The position numbers and the translations under genes are program-made. This document shows positions 23,170 to 36,173 of a stretch of DNA of 64,000 nt, one piece after another; positions within the stretch are counted from its first letter, which is position 1; every line of letters starts with the position of its first letter. Origin of the DNA: Eledone cirrhosa (lineage: Eukaryota). Where the stretch lies: positions 131,254,001 to 131,318,000 of the forward strand of contig OZ024744.1 of NCBI GenBank assembly GCA_964016885.1, given 5' to 3'. A model generated the notes under the pieces. It was not told the DNA's origin and did no database searches. It worked only from the letters and a program-made list of their open reading frames with translations.

Positions 23170-25286
23170 TTCGGGGTTAAGTTATGTTGGGGTTAAGTTA
23201 AGTTAGGCCTAACTTAAGTTGGAGTTAAGTTAAGTTGGGGGTAAGTTAAGTTGGGGGTAAGTTAAGTTGGGGTTAAGTTAAGTTGGGGTTAAGTTGGGGT
23301 TAAGTTAAGTTAGGGTTAAGTTAAGTTGGGGTTGAGTTAAGTTGGGGTTAAGTTAAGTGGTGGTTATGTTAAGTTGGGGTGAAGTTAACTGAGGTTAATT
23401 TAAATTGGTGTTAAGTTAACTTTGTGGTTAAGTTAAGTTGGGGTTAAGTTAAGTTGGGGTTAAGTTAAGTTGGGGTTGAGTTAAGTTGGGGTTGAGTGAA
23501 GTTGGGGTTAAGTTAAGTTGGGGTTAATTTAAGTTGGGGTTAAGTTAAATCGGAGTTAAGTTAAGTTGGGGTTGAGTTAAGTTGGCGTTAATTTAAGTTG
23601 GGGCTAAGTTAAGTTGGGGTTAAGTTAAGTTGAGGTTAAGTTAAGTTGGGGTTGAGTTAAGTTGGGGTTGAGTTAATTTGGGGTTAAGTTAAGTTGGGGT
23701 TAAGTTAAGTTGGGTTTAAGTTAAGTTGGGGTTAAATTAAGTTGGGGTTAAATTAAGTTGGGGTTAAGTTAAGTTGGGGGTAAGATAAGTTGGGAGCAAG
23801 TTAAGTTGGGGTTAAGTTAAGTTGGGGTTAAATTAAGTTGGGGTTAAGTTAAGTTGGGGTTATATTAAGTTGGGGTTAAGTTAAGTTGGGGTTAAGTTAA
23901 GTTGGGGTTCAGTTAAGTTGCGGTTAAGTTAAGTTGGGGTTAAGTTAAGTTGGGGTTAAGTTAAGTTGGGGTCAAGTTAAGTTGGGGTTATGTTAAGTTG
24001 GGGTTTAGTTAAGTTGGTGTTCATTTAAGTTGGGGTTAAGTTAAGTTTGGGTTAAGTTGGGGTTAAATTAAGTTGGGGTTAAGTTAAGTTGGGGTTAAGT
24101 TAAGTTGGGGTTAAGTTAAGTTGGGGTTAAGTTAAGTTGGGGTTAATTTAAGTTGGGGTTAAGTTAAGTTGCGGGTAATTTAAGTTGGGGTTAAGTTAAG
24201 TTGGGGTTAAGTTAAGTTGGGGTTAAGTTAAGTTGGGGTTAAGGTAAGTTGGGGTTAAGTTAAATTGGGGCTAAGTTAAGTTGGGGCTGAGTTAAGTTGG
24301 GGTTAAGTTAAGTTGGGGTTAAGTTAAGTTGGGGTTAAGTTAAGTTGGGGTTAAGTTAAGTTGGGGTTGAGTTAAGTTGGGGTTAAGTTAAGTAGGGGTA
24401 AGTTAAGTTGGGGTTCAGTTAAGTTGGGGTTAAGTTAAGTTGGGGTTAAGTTAAGTTGGGGTTAAGTTAAGTCGGGGTTAAGTTAAGTCGGGGTTAAGTT
24501 AAGTTAGGGTTAAGTTAAGTTGGGGTTGAGTTAAATTGGGGTTGAGTTAAGTTGGGGTTGAGTTAAGTTGGTGTTGAGTTAAGTTGGGGTTAAATTGAGT
24601 TGGGGTTAAATTAAGTTGGGGTTAAGTAAATTTGGGGGTAAGTTAAGTTGGGGGCAAGTTAAGTTGGGGCTAATTTAAGTTGGGGTTAAATTAAGTTGGG
24701 GTTACGTTAAGTTGGTGTTAAGTTAAGTTGGGGTTAATTTAAGTTGGGGTTAATTAAGTTAGGGTTAAGTTAAGTTGGGGTTAAGTTAAGTTGGGGTTAA
24801 TTTAAGTTGGGGTTGAGTTAAGTTAGGGTTAAGTTAAGTTGGGGTTATATTAAGTTGGGGTTAAGTTAAGTTGGGGTTAAGTTAAGTTGGGGTTCAGTTA
24901 AGTTGCGGTTAAGTTAAGTTGGGGTTAAGTTAAGTTGGGGTTAAGTTAAGTTGGGGTTAAGTTAAGTTGGAGTCAAGTTAAGTTGGGGTTAAGTTAAGTT
25001 GGGGTTAAGTTAAGTTGGTTAGTTAAGTTGAGTTTAAGTTAAGTTGGGGTTAATTTAAGTTGGGGTTAAGTTAAGTTGGGGTTAAGTTAAGTTGGGGTTA
25101 AGTTAAGTTGGGGTTAAGTTAAGTTGGGGTTCAGTTAAGTTGGGGTTAAGTCAAGTTGGGGTTAATTTGGGGTTAAATTAATTTGGGGTTAAGTTAAGTT
25201 GGGGTTAAGTTAAGTTGGGGTTATGTTAAGTTGGGGTTAAGTTAAGTTGGGTTTAAGTTAATTCGTGGTTAAGTTAAGTTGTGGTT

Positions 25287-25647
25287 AACCCCAACTTCAC
25301 TCAACCCCACCTTAACTCAACCCCAACTTAACTTAACCCCAACTTCACTCAACCCCAACTTAACTTAACCCCAACTTCACTCAACCCCAACTTAAATCAA
25401 CCCCAACTTAACATAACCCCAACTTAACTTAACCCTAACTTAACTTAACCCCGACTTAACTTAACTTCGAATTAACTTAACCCCAACTTAACTTAACCCC
25501 AACTTAACTTAACCCCAACTTAACTTAACCACAAATTAACTTAACCCCAACTTAACTCACACCCAACTTAACTTACCCCCAACTTAACTTAACCCCAACT
25601 TGACTTAACCCCAAATTAACTTAACCCCAACTTAACTTAACCCCAAA
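25287..25647 (-). repeat. Inverted satellite island type C
   Basis: Same markers and junctions as 6850-7210. Confidence 0.95.
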
Positions 25648-26240
25648 TTCGGGGTTAAGTTAAGTTGGGGTTAAGTTAAGTTAGGCTTAACTTAAGTTGG
25701 GGTTAAGTTAAGTTGGGGGTAAGTTAAGTTCTGGGTAAGTTAAGTTGGGGTTAAGTTAAGTTGGGGTTAAGTTGGGGTTAAGTTAAGTTAGGGTTAAGTT
25801 AAGTTGGGGTTGAGTTAAGTTGGGGTTAAGTTAAGTTAGGGTTAATTTAAGTTGGGGCTAAGTTAAGTTGGGGCTGAGTTAAGTTGGGGTTAAGTTAAGT
25901 TGGGGTTAAGTTAAGTTGGGGATAAGTTAAGTTGGGGTTAAGTTAAGTTGGGGTTTATTTAAGTTGGGGTTAATTTAAGTTGGGGTTCAGTTAAGTTGGG
26001 GTTAAGTTAAGTTGGGGTTAAGTTAAGTTGGGGTTAAGTTAAGTTGGTGTTAAGTTAAGTTGGGTTTAAGTTAAGTTGGGGTTAAGTTAAGTTGGGGTCA
26101 AGTTAAGTTGGGGTTAAGTTAAGTTGGTTAGTTAAGTTGAGTTTAAGTTAAGTTGGGGTTAATTTATGTTGGGGTTAAGTTAAGTTGGGGTTAAGTTAAG
26201 TTGGGGTTAAGTTAAGTTGGGGTTAAGTTAAGTTGGGGTT

Positions 26241-26441
26241 AACCCCAACTTAACTTAACCCCAACTTCACTCAACCCCAACGTAACTCAACCCCAACTTA
26301 ACTTAACCCCAACTTCACTCAACCCCAACTTAACTTAACCCCAACTTCACTCAACCCCAACTTAAGTCAACCCCAACTTAACTTAACCCCAACTTGACTT
26401 AACCCCAACTTAACTTAGCACCAACTTAACTTAAGCCCAAA
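26241..26441 (-). repeat. Inverted satellite island type D
   Basis: Same markers and junctions as 7804-8004. Confidence 0.95.
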
Positions 26442-29400
26442 GCCGGGGTTAAGTTAAGTTGGCGTTAAGTTAAGTTAGGCTTAACTTAAGTTGGGGTTCA
26501 GTTAAGTTGGGGGTAAGTTAAGTTGGGGGTAAGTTAAGTTGGGGTTAAGTTAAGTTGCGTTTAAGTTGGGGTTAAGTTAAGTTAGGGTTAAGTTAAGTTG
26601 GGGTTAAGTTAAGTTGGGGTTAATTTAAATTGGGGTTAAGTTAACTTTGTGGTTAAGTTAAGTTGGGGTTAAGTTAAGTTGGGGTTAAGTTGGGGTTAAT
26701 TTAAGTTGGGGCTAAGTTAATTTGTGGTTAAGTTAAGTTGGGGTTAAGTTAAGTTGGGGTTAAGTTAAGTTGGGGTTGAGTTAAGTTGGGGTTGAGTTAA
26801 TTTGGGGTTAAATTAAGTTGGGGTTAAGTTAAGTTGGGGGTAAGTTAAGTTGGGGCTAAGTTAAGTTGGGGTTAAATTAAGTTGGGGTTACGTTAAGTTG
26901 GTGTTAAGTTAAGTTGGGGTTAATTTAAGTTGGGGTTAATTAAGTTGGGGTTAAGTTAAGTTGGGGTTAAGTTAAGTTGGGGTTTATTTAAGTTGGGGTT
27001 AAGTTAAGTTGGGGTTCAGTTAAGTTGGGGTTAAGTTAAGTTGGGGTTAAGATGGGGTTAAATTAAGTTGGGGTTAAGTTAAGTTGGGGTTAAGTTAAGT
27101 CGGGGTTAAGTTAAGGTAGGGTTCAGTTAAGTTGGGGTTAAGTTAAGTTGGGGTTGAGTTAAGTTGGGGTTGAGTTAAATTGGTGTTGAGTTAAGTTGGG
27201 GTTAAGTTAAGTTGGGGTTAAGTTAAGTTGCAGTTAAGTTAAGTTGAGGTTAAGTTAAGGTGCGGTTAAGTTAAGTTGGGGCTAAGTTAAGTTGGGGCTA
27301 AGTTAAGTTGGGGCTAAGTTACGTTGGGGTTAGGTTAAGTTGGGGTTAAGTTAAGTCGGGGTTAAGTTAAGTTGGCGTTAATTTAAGTTGGGGTTAATTT
27401 AAGTTGGGGTTAGGTTAAGTTGGGGTTAATTTAAGTTGGGGTTAAGTTAAGTTGCGGGTAATTTAAGTTGGGGTTAAGTTAAGTTGGGGTTAAGTTAAGT
27501 TGGGGTTAAGTTAAGTTGGGGTTAAGTTAAGTTGGGGATAAGTTAAGTTGGGGTTAAGTTAAGTTGGGGTTTATTTAAGTTGGGGTTAATTTAAGTTGGG
27601 GTTCAGTTAAGTTGGGGTTCAGTTAAGTTGGGGTTAAGTTAAGTTGGGGTTATTTAAGTTGGGGTTAATTTAAGTCGGGGTTAAGTTAAGTCGGGGTTAA
27701 GTTAAGATAGGGTTAAGTTAAGTTGGGGTTAAGTTAAGTTGGGGTTGTGTTAAGTTGGGGTTGAGTTAAATTGGGGTTGAGTTAAGTTGGGGTTGAGTTA
27801 AGTTGGTGTTGAGTTAAGTTGGGGTTAAGTTAAGTTGGGGTTAATTTAAGTTGCAGTTAAGTTAAGTTGAGGTTAAGTTAAGGTGGGGTTAAGTTAAGTT
27901 GGGGTTAATTTAAGTTGGGGCTAAGCTAAGTTGGGGCTAATTTAAGTTGGGGCTAAGTTAAGTTGGGGTTAAGTTAGGTTGGGGTATATTAAGTTGGGGT
28001 TAAGTTAAGTTGGGGTTAAGTTAAGTTGGGGTTAAATTAAGTTGGTGTTAAGTTAAGTTGGGGCTGAGTTAAGTTGGGGCTGAGTTAAGTTGGGGCTGAG
28101 TTAAGTTGGGGTTAAGATAAGTTGGGGTTGAGTTAAGTTGGGGTTAAGTTAAGTTGGGGTTAAGTTAAGTTGGGGTTAAGTTGGGGTTAAGTTAAGTTAG
28201 GTTTAAGTTAAGTTGGGTTTAAGTTAAGTTGGGGTTAAGTTAAGTTGGGGTTAAGTTAAGTTGGGTTTAAGTTAAGTTGGGGTTAAGTTAAGTTGGGGTT
28301 AAGTTAAGTCGGGGTTAAGTTAAGTTGGGTTTAAGTTAAGTTGGGGTTAAGTTAAGTTGGGGTTAAGTTAAGTTGGGGTTAAGTTAAGTTGGTTAGTTAA
28401 GTTGAGTTTAAGTTAAGTTGGGGTTAATTTAAGTCGGGGTTAAGTTAAGTTAGGGTTAAGTTAAGTTGGGGTTGAGTTAAGTTGGGGTTGAGTTAAATTG
28501 GGGTTGAGTTAAGTTGGGGTTGAGTTAAGTTGGTGTTGAGTTAAGTTGGGGTTAAGTTAAGTTGGGGTTAAGTTAAGTGGTGGTTAAGTTAAGTTGAGGT
28601 TAAGTTAAGTTGGGGTTAAGTTAAGTTGGGGTTAATTTAAGTTGGGGCTAAGTTAAGTTGGGGCTAAGTTAAGTTGGGGTTAAGTTAAGTTGGGGTCAAC
28701 TTAAGTTGGGGTTAAGTTAAGTTGGCGTTAAGTTAAGTTGGGGTTAAGTTAAGTTGGGGTTAAGTTAAGTTGGTGTTAAGTTAAGTTGGGGCTGAGTTAA
28801 GTTGGGGCTGAGTTAAGTTGGGGCTGAGTTAAGTTGGGGTTCAGTCAAGTTGGGGTTGAGTTAAGTTGCGGTTAAGTTAAGTTGGGGTTAAGTTAAGTTG
28901 GGGTTATTTTAAGTTGGGGTTTAGTTAAGTTGGGGTTCATTTAAGTTGGGGTTCAGTTAAGTTTGGGTTAAGTTGGGGTTAAATTAATTTGGGGTTAAAT
29001 GAAGTTGGGGTTAAGTTAAGTTGGGGTTAAGTTAAGTTGGGGTTAATTTAAGTTGGGGTTAAGTTAACTTGCGGGTAATTTAAGTTGGGGTTAAGTTAAG
29101 TTGGCGTTAAGTTAAGTTGGGGTTAAGTTAAGTTTGGGTTAAGTTAAGTTGGGGTTGAGTTAATTTGGGGTTAAGTTAAGTTGGGGTTAAGTTAAGTTGG
29201 GGTTTATTTAAGTTGGGGTTAAGTTAAGTTGGGGTTCAGTTAAGTTGGGGTTCAGTTAAGTTGGGGTTAAGTTAAGTTGGGGTTAAGATGGGGTTAAATT
29301 AAGTTGGGGTTAAGTTAAGTTGGTTAGTTAAGTTGAGGTTAAGTTAAGTTGGGCTTAAGTTAAGTTGGGGTTAATTTAAGTTGGGGTTAAGTTAAGTTGG

Positions 29401-29559
29401 GGTTCAGTTAAGTTGGGGTTAAGTCAAGTTGGGGTTAAGTTGGGGTTAAATTAAGTTGGGGTTAAGTTAAGTTGGGGTCAAGTTAAGTTAGGGTTAAGTT
29501 AAGTTGGGGTTAAGTTAAGTTGGGATTAAGTTAATTTGTGGTTAAGTTAAGTTGGGGTT

Positions 29560-29760
29560 AACCCCAACTTAACTTAACCCCAACTTCACTCAAACCCAAC
29601 TTAACTCAACCCCAACTTAACTTAACCCCAGCTTCACTCAACCCCAACTTAACTTAACCCCAACTTCACTCAACCCCAACTTAACTCAACCCCAACTTAA
29701 CTTAACCCCAACTTGACTTAACCCCAACTTAACTTAACCCCAACTTAACTTAACCCCAAA
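29560..29760 (-). repeat. Inverted satellite island type E
   Basis: GGGGTT|AACCCC to CCCCAAAGTCGGGG. Markers CAAACCC, CCAGCTTC. Confidence 0.95.
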
Positions 29761-32700
29761 GTCGGGGTTAAGTTAAGTTGGGGGTAAGTTAAGTTGGGAT
29801 TAAGTTAAGTTGCGGTTAAGTTGGGGTTAAGTTAAGTTGGGGTTAAGTTAAGTCGGGGTAAGTTAAGTCGGGGTTAAGTTAAGTTAGGGTTAAGTTAAGT
29901 TGGGGTTAAGTTAAAGTTGGGGTTGAGTTAAGTTGCGGTTGAGTTAAATTGGGGTTGAGTTAAGTTGGGGTTGAGTGAAGTTGGTGTTGAGTTAAGTTGG
30001 GGTTAAGTTAAGTTGGGGTTAAGTTATGTTGCGGTTAAGTTAAGTTGAGGTTAAGTTAAGTTGGGGTTAACTTAAGTGTGGGTTAAGTTAAGTTGGGGTT
30101 AAGTTAAGTTGGGGTTGAGTTAAGTTGGGGTAGAGTTAAATTGGGGTTGAGTTAAGTTGGGGTTGAGTTAAGTTGGGGCTGAGTTAAGTTGGGGCTGAGT
30201 TAAGTTGGGGCTGAGTTAAGTTGGGGTTCAGTTAAGTTGGGGTTGAGTTAAGTTGCGCTTAAGTTAAGTTGGGGTTAAGTTAAGTTGGGGTTATGTTAAG
30301 TTGGGGTTTAGTTAAGTTGGGGTTCATTTAAGTTGGGGTTAAGTTAAGATTAGGTTAAGTTGGGGTTAAATTAATTTGGGGTTAAGTTAAGTTGGGGTTA
30401 AGTTAAGTTGGGGTTAATTTAAGTTGGGGTTAATTTAAGTTGGGGTTAAGTTAAGTTGCGGGTAATTTAAGTTGGGGTTAAGTTAAGTTGGTGTTAAGTT
30501 AAGTTGGGGTTAAGTTAAGTTGGGGTTAAGTTAAGTTTGGGTTAAGTTAAGTTGGGGCTAATTTAAGTTGGGGCTGAGTTAAGTTGGGGTTAAGTTAAGT
30601 TGGGGTTAAGTTAATTTGGGGTTAAGTTGGGGTTAAGTTAAGTTGGGGTTTATTTAAGTTGGGGTTAAGTTAAGTTGGGGTTCAGTTAAGTTGGGGTTCA
30701 GTTAAGTTGGGGTTAAGTTAAGTTGGGGTTAAGTTAAGTTGGTTAGTTAAGTTGAGGTTAAGTTAAGTTGGGGTTAAGTTAAGTTGGGGTTAAGTTAAGT
30801 TGGGGTTAATTAAAGTTAGGGTTAAGTTAAGTTGGGGTTAAGTTAAGTTGGGGTTATGTTAAGTTGGGGTTAAGTTAGGTTGGGGTTAAGTTAAGTTGTG
30901 GCTAAGTTAAGTTGGGGCTGAGTTAAGTTGGGGTTAAGTTAAGTTGGGGTTAAGTTAAGTTGGGGATAAGTTAAGTTGGGGTTAAGTTAAGTTGTGGTTT
31001 ATTTAAGTTGGGGTTAATTTAAGTTGGGGTTCAGTTAAGTTGGGGTTCAGTTAAGTTGGGGTTAAGTTAAGTTGGGGTTTATTTAAGTTGGGGTTAATTT
31101 AAGTCGGGGTTAAGTTAAGTCGGGGTTAAGTTAAGTTAGGGTTAAGTTAAGTTGGGGTTAAGTTAAGTTGGGGTTGTGTTAAGTTGGGGTTGAGTTAAAT
31201 TGGGGTTGAGTTAAGTTGGGGTTGAGTTAAGTTGGTGTTGAGTTAAGTTGGGGTTAAGTTAAGTTGGGGTTAATTTAAGTTGCAGTTAAGTTAAGTTGAG
31301 GTTAAGTTAAGGTGGGGTTAAGTTAAGTTGGGGTTAAGTTAAGTTGGGGTATATTAAGTTGGGGTTAAGTTAAGTTGGGGTTAAGTTAAGTTGGGGTTAA
31401 GTTAAGTTGGTGTTAAGTTAAGTTGGGGCTGAGTTAAGTTGGGGCTGAGTTAAGTTGGGGCTGAGTTAAGTTGGGGTTAAGATAAGTTGGGGTTGAGTTA
31501 AGTTGGGGTTAAGTTAAGTTGGGGTTAAGTTAAGTTGGGGTTAAGTTGGGGTTAAGTTAAGTTAGGTTTAAGTTAAGTTGGGTTTAAGTTAAGTTGGGGT
31601 TAAGTTAAGTTGGGGTTAAGTTAAGTTGGGTTTAAGTTAAGTTGGGGTTAAGTTAAGTTGGGGTTAAGTTAAGTCGGGGTTAAGTTAAGTTGGGGTTAAG
31701 TTAAGTTGGGGTTAAGTTAAGTTGGGGTTAAGTTAAGTTGGGGTTAAGTTAAGTTGGTGTTAAGTTAAGTTGAGGTTAAGTTAAGTTGGGGTTAAATTAA
31801 GTTGGGGTTAAGTTAAGTTGGGGTTAAGTTAAGTTGGGGTTAAGTTAAGTTGGGGATATGTTAAGTTGGGGATGAGTTAAGTTGGGGTTAAGTTAAGTTG
31901 GGTTTAAGTTAAGTTGGGGTTAAGTTAAGTTGGGGTTAAGTTAAGTTGGGGTTAAGTTAAGTTGGTTAGTTAAGTTGAGTTTAAGTTAAGTTGGGGTTAA
32001 TTTAAGTCGGGTTTAAGTTAAGTTAGGGTTAAGTTGGGGTTGAGTTAAGTTGGGGTTGAGTTAAATTGGGGTTGAGTTAAGTTGGGGTTGAGTTAAGTTG
32101 GTGTTGAGTTAAGTTGGGGTTAAGTTAAGTTGGGGTTAAGTTAAGTTGTGGTTAAGTTAAGTTGAGGTTAAGTTAAGTTGGGGTTAAGTTAAGTTGGGGT
32201 TAATTTAAGTTGGGGCTAAGTTAAGTTGGGGCTAAGTTAAGTTGGGGTTAAGTTAAGTTGGGGTCAACTTAAGTTGGGGTTAAGTTAAGTTGGCGTTAAG
32301 TTAAGTTGGGGTTAAGCTAAGTTGGGGTTAAGTTAAGTTGGTGTTAAGTTAAGTTGGGGCTGAGTTAAGTTGGGGCTGAGTTAAGTTGGGGCTGAGTTAA
32401 GTTGGGGTTCAGTCAAGTTGGGGTTGAGTTAAGTTGCGGTTAAGTTAAGTTGGGGTTAAGTTAAGTTGGGGTTATTTTAAGTTGGGGTTTAGTTAAGTTG
32501 GGGTTCATTTAAGTTGGGGTTAAGTTAAGTTTGGGTTAAGTTGGGGTTAAATTAATTTGGGGTTAAATGAAGTTGGGGTTAAGTTAAGTTGCGGGTAATT
32601 TAAGTTGGGGTTAAGTTAAGTTGGGGTTAAGTTAAGTTGGGGTTAATTTAAGTTTGGGTTAAGTTAAGTTGGGGTTAAGTTAATTTGGGGTTAAGATAAG

Positions 32701-33079
32701 TTGGGGTTAAGTTAAGTTGGGGTTTATTTAAGTTGGGGTTAAGTTAAGTTGGGGTTCAGTTAAGTTGGGTTTCAGTTAAGTTGGGGTTAAGTTAAGTTGG
32801 GGTTAAGATGGGGTTAAATTAAGTTGGGGTTAAGTTAAGTTGGTTAGTTAAGTTGAGGTTAAGTTAAGTTGGGGTTAATTTAAGTTGGGGTTAAGTTAAG
32901 TTGGGCTTAAGTTAAGTTGGGGTTAATTTAAGTTGGGGTTAAGTTAAGTTGGGGTTCAGTTAAGTTGGGGTTAAGTCAAGTTGGGGTTAAGTTGGGGTTA
33001 AATTAAGTTGGGGTTAAGTTAAGTTGGGGTCAAGTTAAGTTAGGGTTAAGTTAAGTTGGGGTTAAGTTAAGTTGGGGTT

Positions 33080-33280
33080 AACCCCAACTTAACTTAACCC
33101 CAACTTCACTCAAACCCAACTTAACTCAACCCCAACTTAACTTAACCCCAGCTTCACTCAACCCCAACTTAACTTAACCCAAACTTCACTCAACCCCAAC
33201 TTAACTCAACCCCAACTTAACTTAACCCCAACTTGACTTAACCCCAACTTAACTTAACCCCAACTTAACTTAACCCCAAA
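33080..33280 (-). repeat. Inverted satellite island type E
   Basis: As above, plus a CCCAAACTTC variant. Confidence 0.95.
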
Positions 33281-35997
33281 GTCGGGGTTAAGTTAAGTTG
33301 GGGGTAAGTTAAGTTGGGATTAAGTTAAGTTGCGGTTAAGTTGGGGTTAAGTTAAGTTGGGGTTAAGTTAAGTCGGGGTAATTTAAGTCGGGGTTAAGTT
33401 AAGTTAGGGTTAAGTTAAGTTGGGGTTAAGTTAAAGTTGGGGTTGAGTTAAGTTGCGGTTGAGTTAAATTGGGGTTGAGTTAAGTTGGGGTTGAGTGAAG
33501 TTGGTGTTGAGTTAAGTTGGGGTTGAGTTAAGTTGGTGTTGAGTTAAGTTGGGGTTAAGTTAAGTTGGGGTTAAGTTATGTTGCGGTTAATTTAAGTTGA
33601 GGTTAAGTTAAGTTGGGGTTAACTTAAGTGTGGGTTAAGTTCAGTTGGGGTTAAGTTAAGTTGGGGTTGAGTTAAGTTGGGGTTGAGTTAAATTGGGGTT
33701 GAGTTAAGTTGGGGTTGAGTTAAGTTGGTGTTGAGTTAAGTTGGGGTTAAGTTAAGTTGGGGTTAAGTTAAGTTGCGGTTAAGTTAAGTTGAGGTTAAGT
33801 TAAGTTGGGGTTAACTTAAGTGTGGGTTAAGTTAAGTTGGGGTTAAGTTAAGTTGGGGTTAAGTTAAGTTGGTGTTAAGTTAAGTTGGGGCTGAGTTAAG
33901 TTGGGGCTGAGTTAAGTTGGGGCTGAGTTAAGTTGGGGTTCAGTTAAGTTGGGGTTGAGTTAAGTTGCGGTTAAGTTAAGTTGGGGTTAAGTTAAGTTGG
34001 GGTTATGTTAAGTTGGGGTTAAGGTAGGTTGGGGTTAAGTTAAGTTGGGGTTGAGTTAAGTTGGGGTTGAGTTAAATTGGGGTTGAGTTAAGTTGGGGTT
34101 GAGTTAAGTTGGTGTTGAGTTAAGTTGGGGTTAAGTTAAGTTGGGGTTAAGTTAAGTTGGGGTTAACTTAAGTGTGGGTTAAGTTAAGTTAAGGTTAAGT
34201 TAAGTTGGGGTTAAGTTAAGTTGGGGTTAAGTTAAGTTGGGGTTAAGTTAAGTTGGTGTTAAGTTAAGTTGGGGCTGAGTTAAGTTGGGGCTGAGTTAAG
34301 TTGGGGCTGAGTTAAGTTGGGGTTCAGTTAAGTTGGGGTTGAGTTAAGTTGCGGTTAAGTTAAGTTGGGGTTAAGTTAAGTTGGGGTTATGTTAAGTTGG
34401 GGTTTAGTTAAGTTGGGGTTCATTTAAGTTGGGGTTAAGTTAAGTTTAGGTTAAGTTGGGGTTAAATTAATTTGGGGTTAAGTTAAGTTGGGGTTAAGTT
34501 AAGTTGGGGTTAATTTAAGTTGGGGTTAATTTAAGTTGGGGTTAAGTTAAGTTGCGGGTAATTTAAGTTGGGGTTAAGTTAAGTTGGGGTTAAGTTAAGT
34601 TGGGGTTAAGTTAAGTTGGGGTTAAGTTAAGTTTGGGTTAAGTTAAGTTGGGGCTAATTTAAGTTGGGGCTGAGTTAAGTTGGGGTTAAGTTAAGTTGGG
34701 GTTAAGTTAATTTGGGGTTAAGTTGGGGTTAAGTTAAGTTGGGGTTTATTTAAGTTGGGGTTAAGTTAAGTTGGGGTTCAGTTAAGTTGGGGTTCAGTTA
34801 AGTTGGGGTTAAGTTAAGTTGGGGTTAAGTTAAGTTGGTTAGTTAAGTTGAGGTTAAGTTAAGTTGGGGTTAAGTTAAGTTGGGGTTAAGTTAAGTTGGG
34901 GTTAATTTAAGTTGGGGCTAAGTTAAGTTGGGGCTAAGTTAAGTTGGAGCTAAGTTAAGTTGGGTTTAAGTTAAGGTGGGGTTAAGTTAAGTTGAGGTTA
35001 AGTTAAGTTGGGGTTAAGTTAAGTTGGTGTTAAGTTAAGTTGGGGCTGAGTTAAGTTGGGGCTGAGTTAAGTTGGGGCTGATTTAAGTTGGGGTTGAGTT
35101 AAGTTGGGGTTGAGTTAAGTTGCGGTTAAGTTAAGTTGGGGTTAAGTTAAGTTGGGGTTATGTTAAGTTGGGGTTAAGTTAAGTTGGGGTTAAGTTACGT
35201 TGGGGTTGAGTTAAGTTGGGGTTGAGTTAAATTGGGGTTGAGTTAAGTTGGGGTTGAGTTAAGTTGGTGTTGAGTTAAGTTGGGATTAAGTTAAGTTGGG
35301 GTTAAGTTAAGTTGCGGTTAAGTTAAGGTGAGGTTAAGTTAAGTTGGGGTTAACTTAAGTTGGGGTTAAGTTAAGTTGGGGTTAAGTTAAGTTGGGGTTA
35401 AGTTAAGTTGGTGTTAAGTTAAGTTGGGGCTGAGTTAAGTTGGGGCTGAGTTAAGTTGGGGCTGAGTTAAGTTGGGGTTCAGTTAAGTTGGGGTTGAGTT
35501 AAGTTGCGGTTAATTTAAGTTGGGGTTAAGTTAAGTTGGGGTTCATTTAAGTTGGGGTTAAGTTAAGTTTGGGTTAAGTTGGGGTTAAATTAATTTGGGG
35601 TTAAGTTAAGTTGGGGTTAAGTTAAGTTGGGGTTAAGTTAAGTTGGGGTTAATTTAAGTTGGGGTTAATTTAAGTTGCGGGTAATTTAAGTTGGGGTTAA
35701 GTTAAGTTGGGGTTAAGTTAAGTTGGGGTTAAGTTAAGTTGGGGTTAAGTTAAGTTGGGGTTAAGTTAAGTTGGGGCTGAGTTAAGTTGGGGTTAATTTA
35801 AGTTGGGGTTAAGTTAAGTTGGGGTTAAGTTAAGTTGGGGTTTATTTAAGTTGGGGTTAAGTTAAGTTGGGGTTCAGTTAAGTTGGGGTTCAGTTAAGTT
35901 GGGGTTAAGTTAAGTTGGGGTTAAGATGGGGTTAAATTAAGTTGGGGTTAAGTTAAGTTGGGGTTAAGTTAAGTTGGGGTTAAGTTAAGTTGGGGTT

Positions 35998-36173
35998 AAC
36001 CCCAACTTAACTTAACCGCAACTTCACTCAACCCCAACGTAACTCAGCCCCAACTTAACTTAACCCCAACTTCAATCAACCCCAACTTAACTTAACCCCA
36101 ACTTCACTCAACCCCAACTTCCAACTTGACTTAACCCCAACTTAACTTAGCCCCAACTTAACTTAAGCCCAAA
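35998..36173 (-). repeat. Inverted satellite island type F (176 bp)
   Basis: Markers ACCGCAAC, TTCAATC, CTTCCAAC. Right junction GCCCAAAGTCGGGG. Confidence 0.95.

Larger units (their letters stand above)
20790..27510 (+). repeat. Tandem duplicate of about 13,920-20,790 (period 6,871 shrinking to 6,727 bp)
   Basis: Islands A, B, C, D recur. A-B spacing is 112 bp shorter and B-C spacing 32 bp shorter (7 and 2 monomers). The post-D markers GCGTTT, AAGGTAGGGTTCAG and GCAGTT recur at +6,727. Confidence 0.88.
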
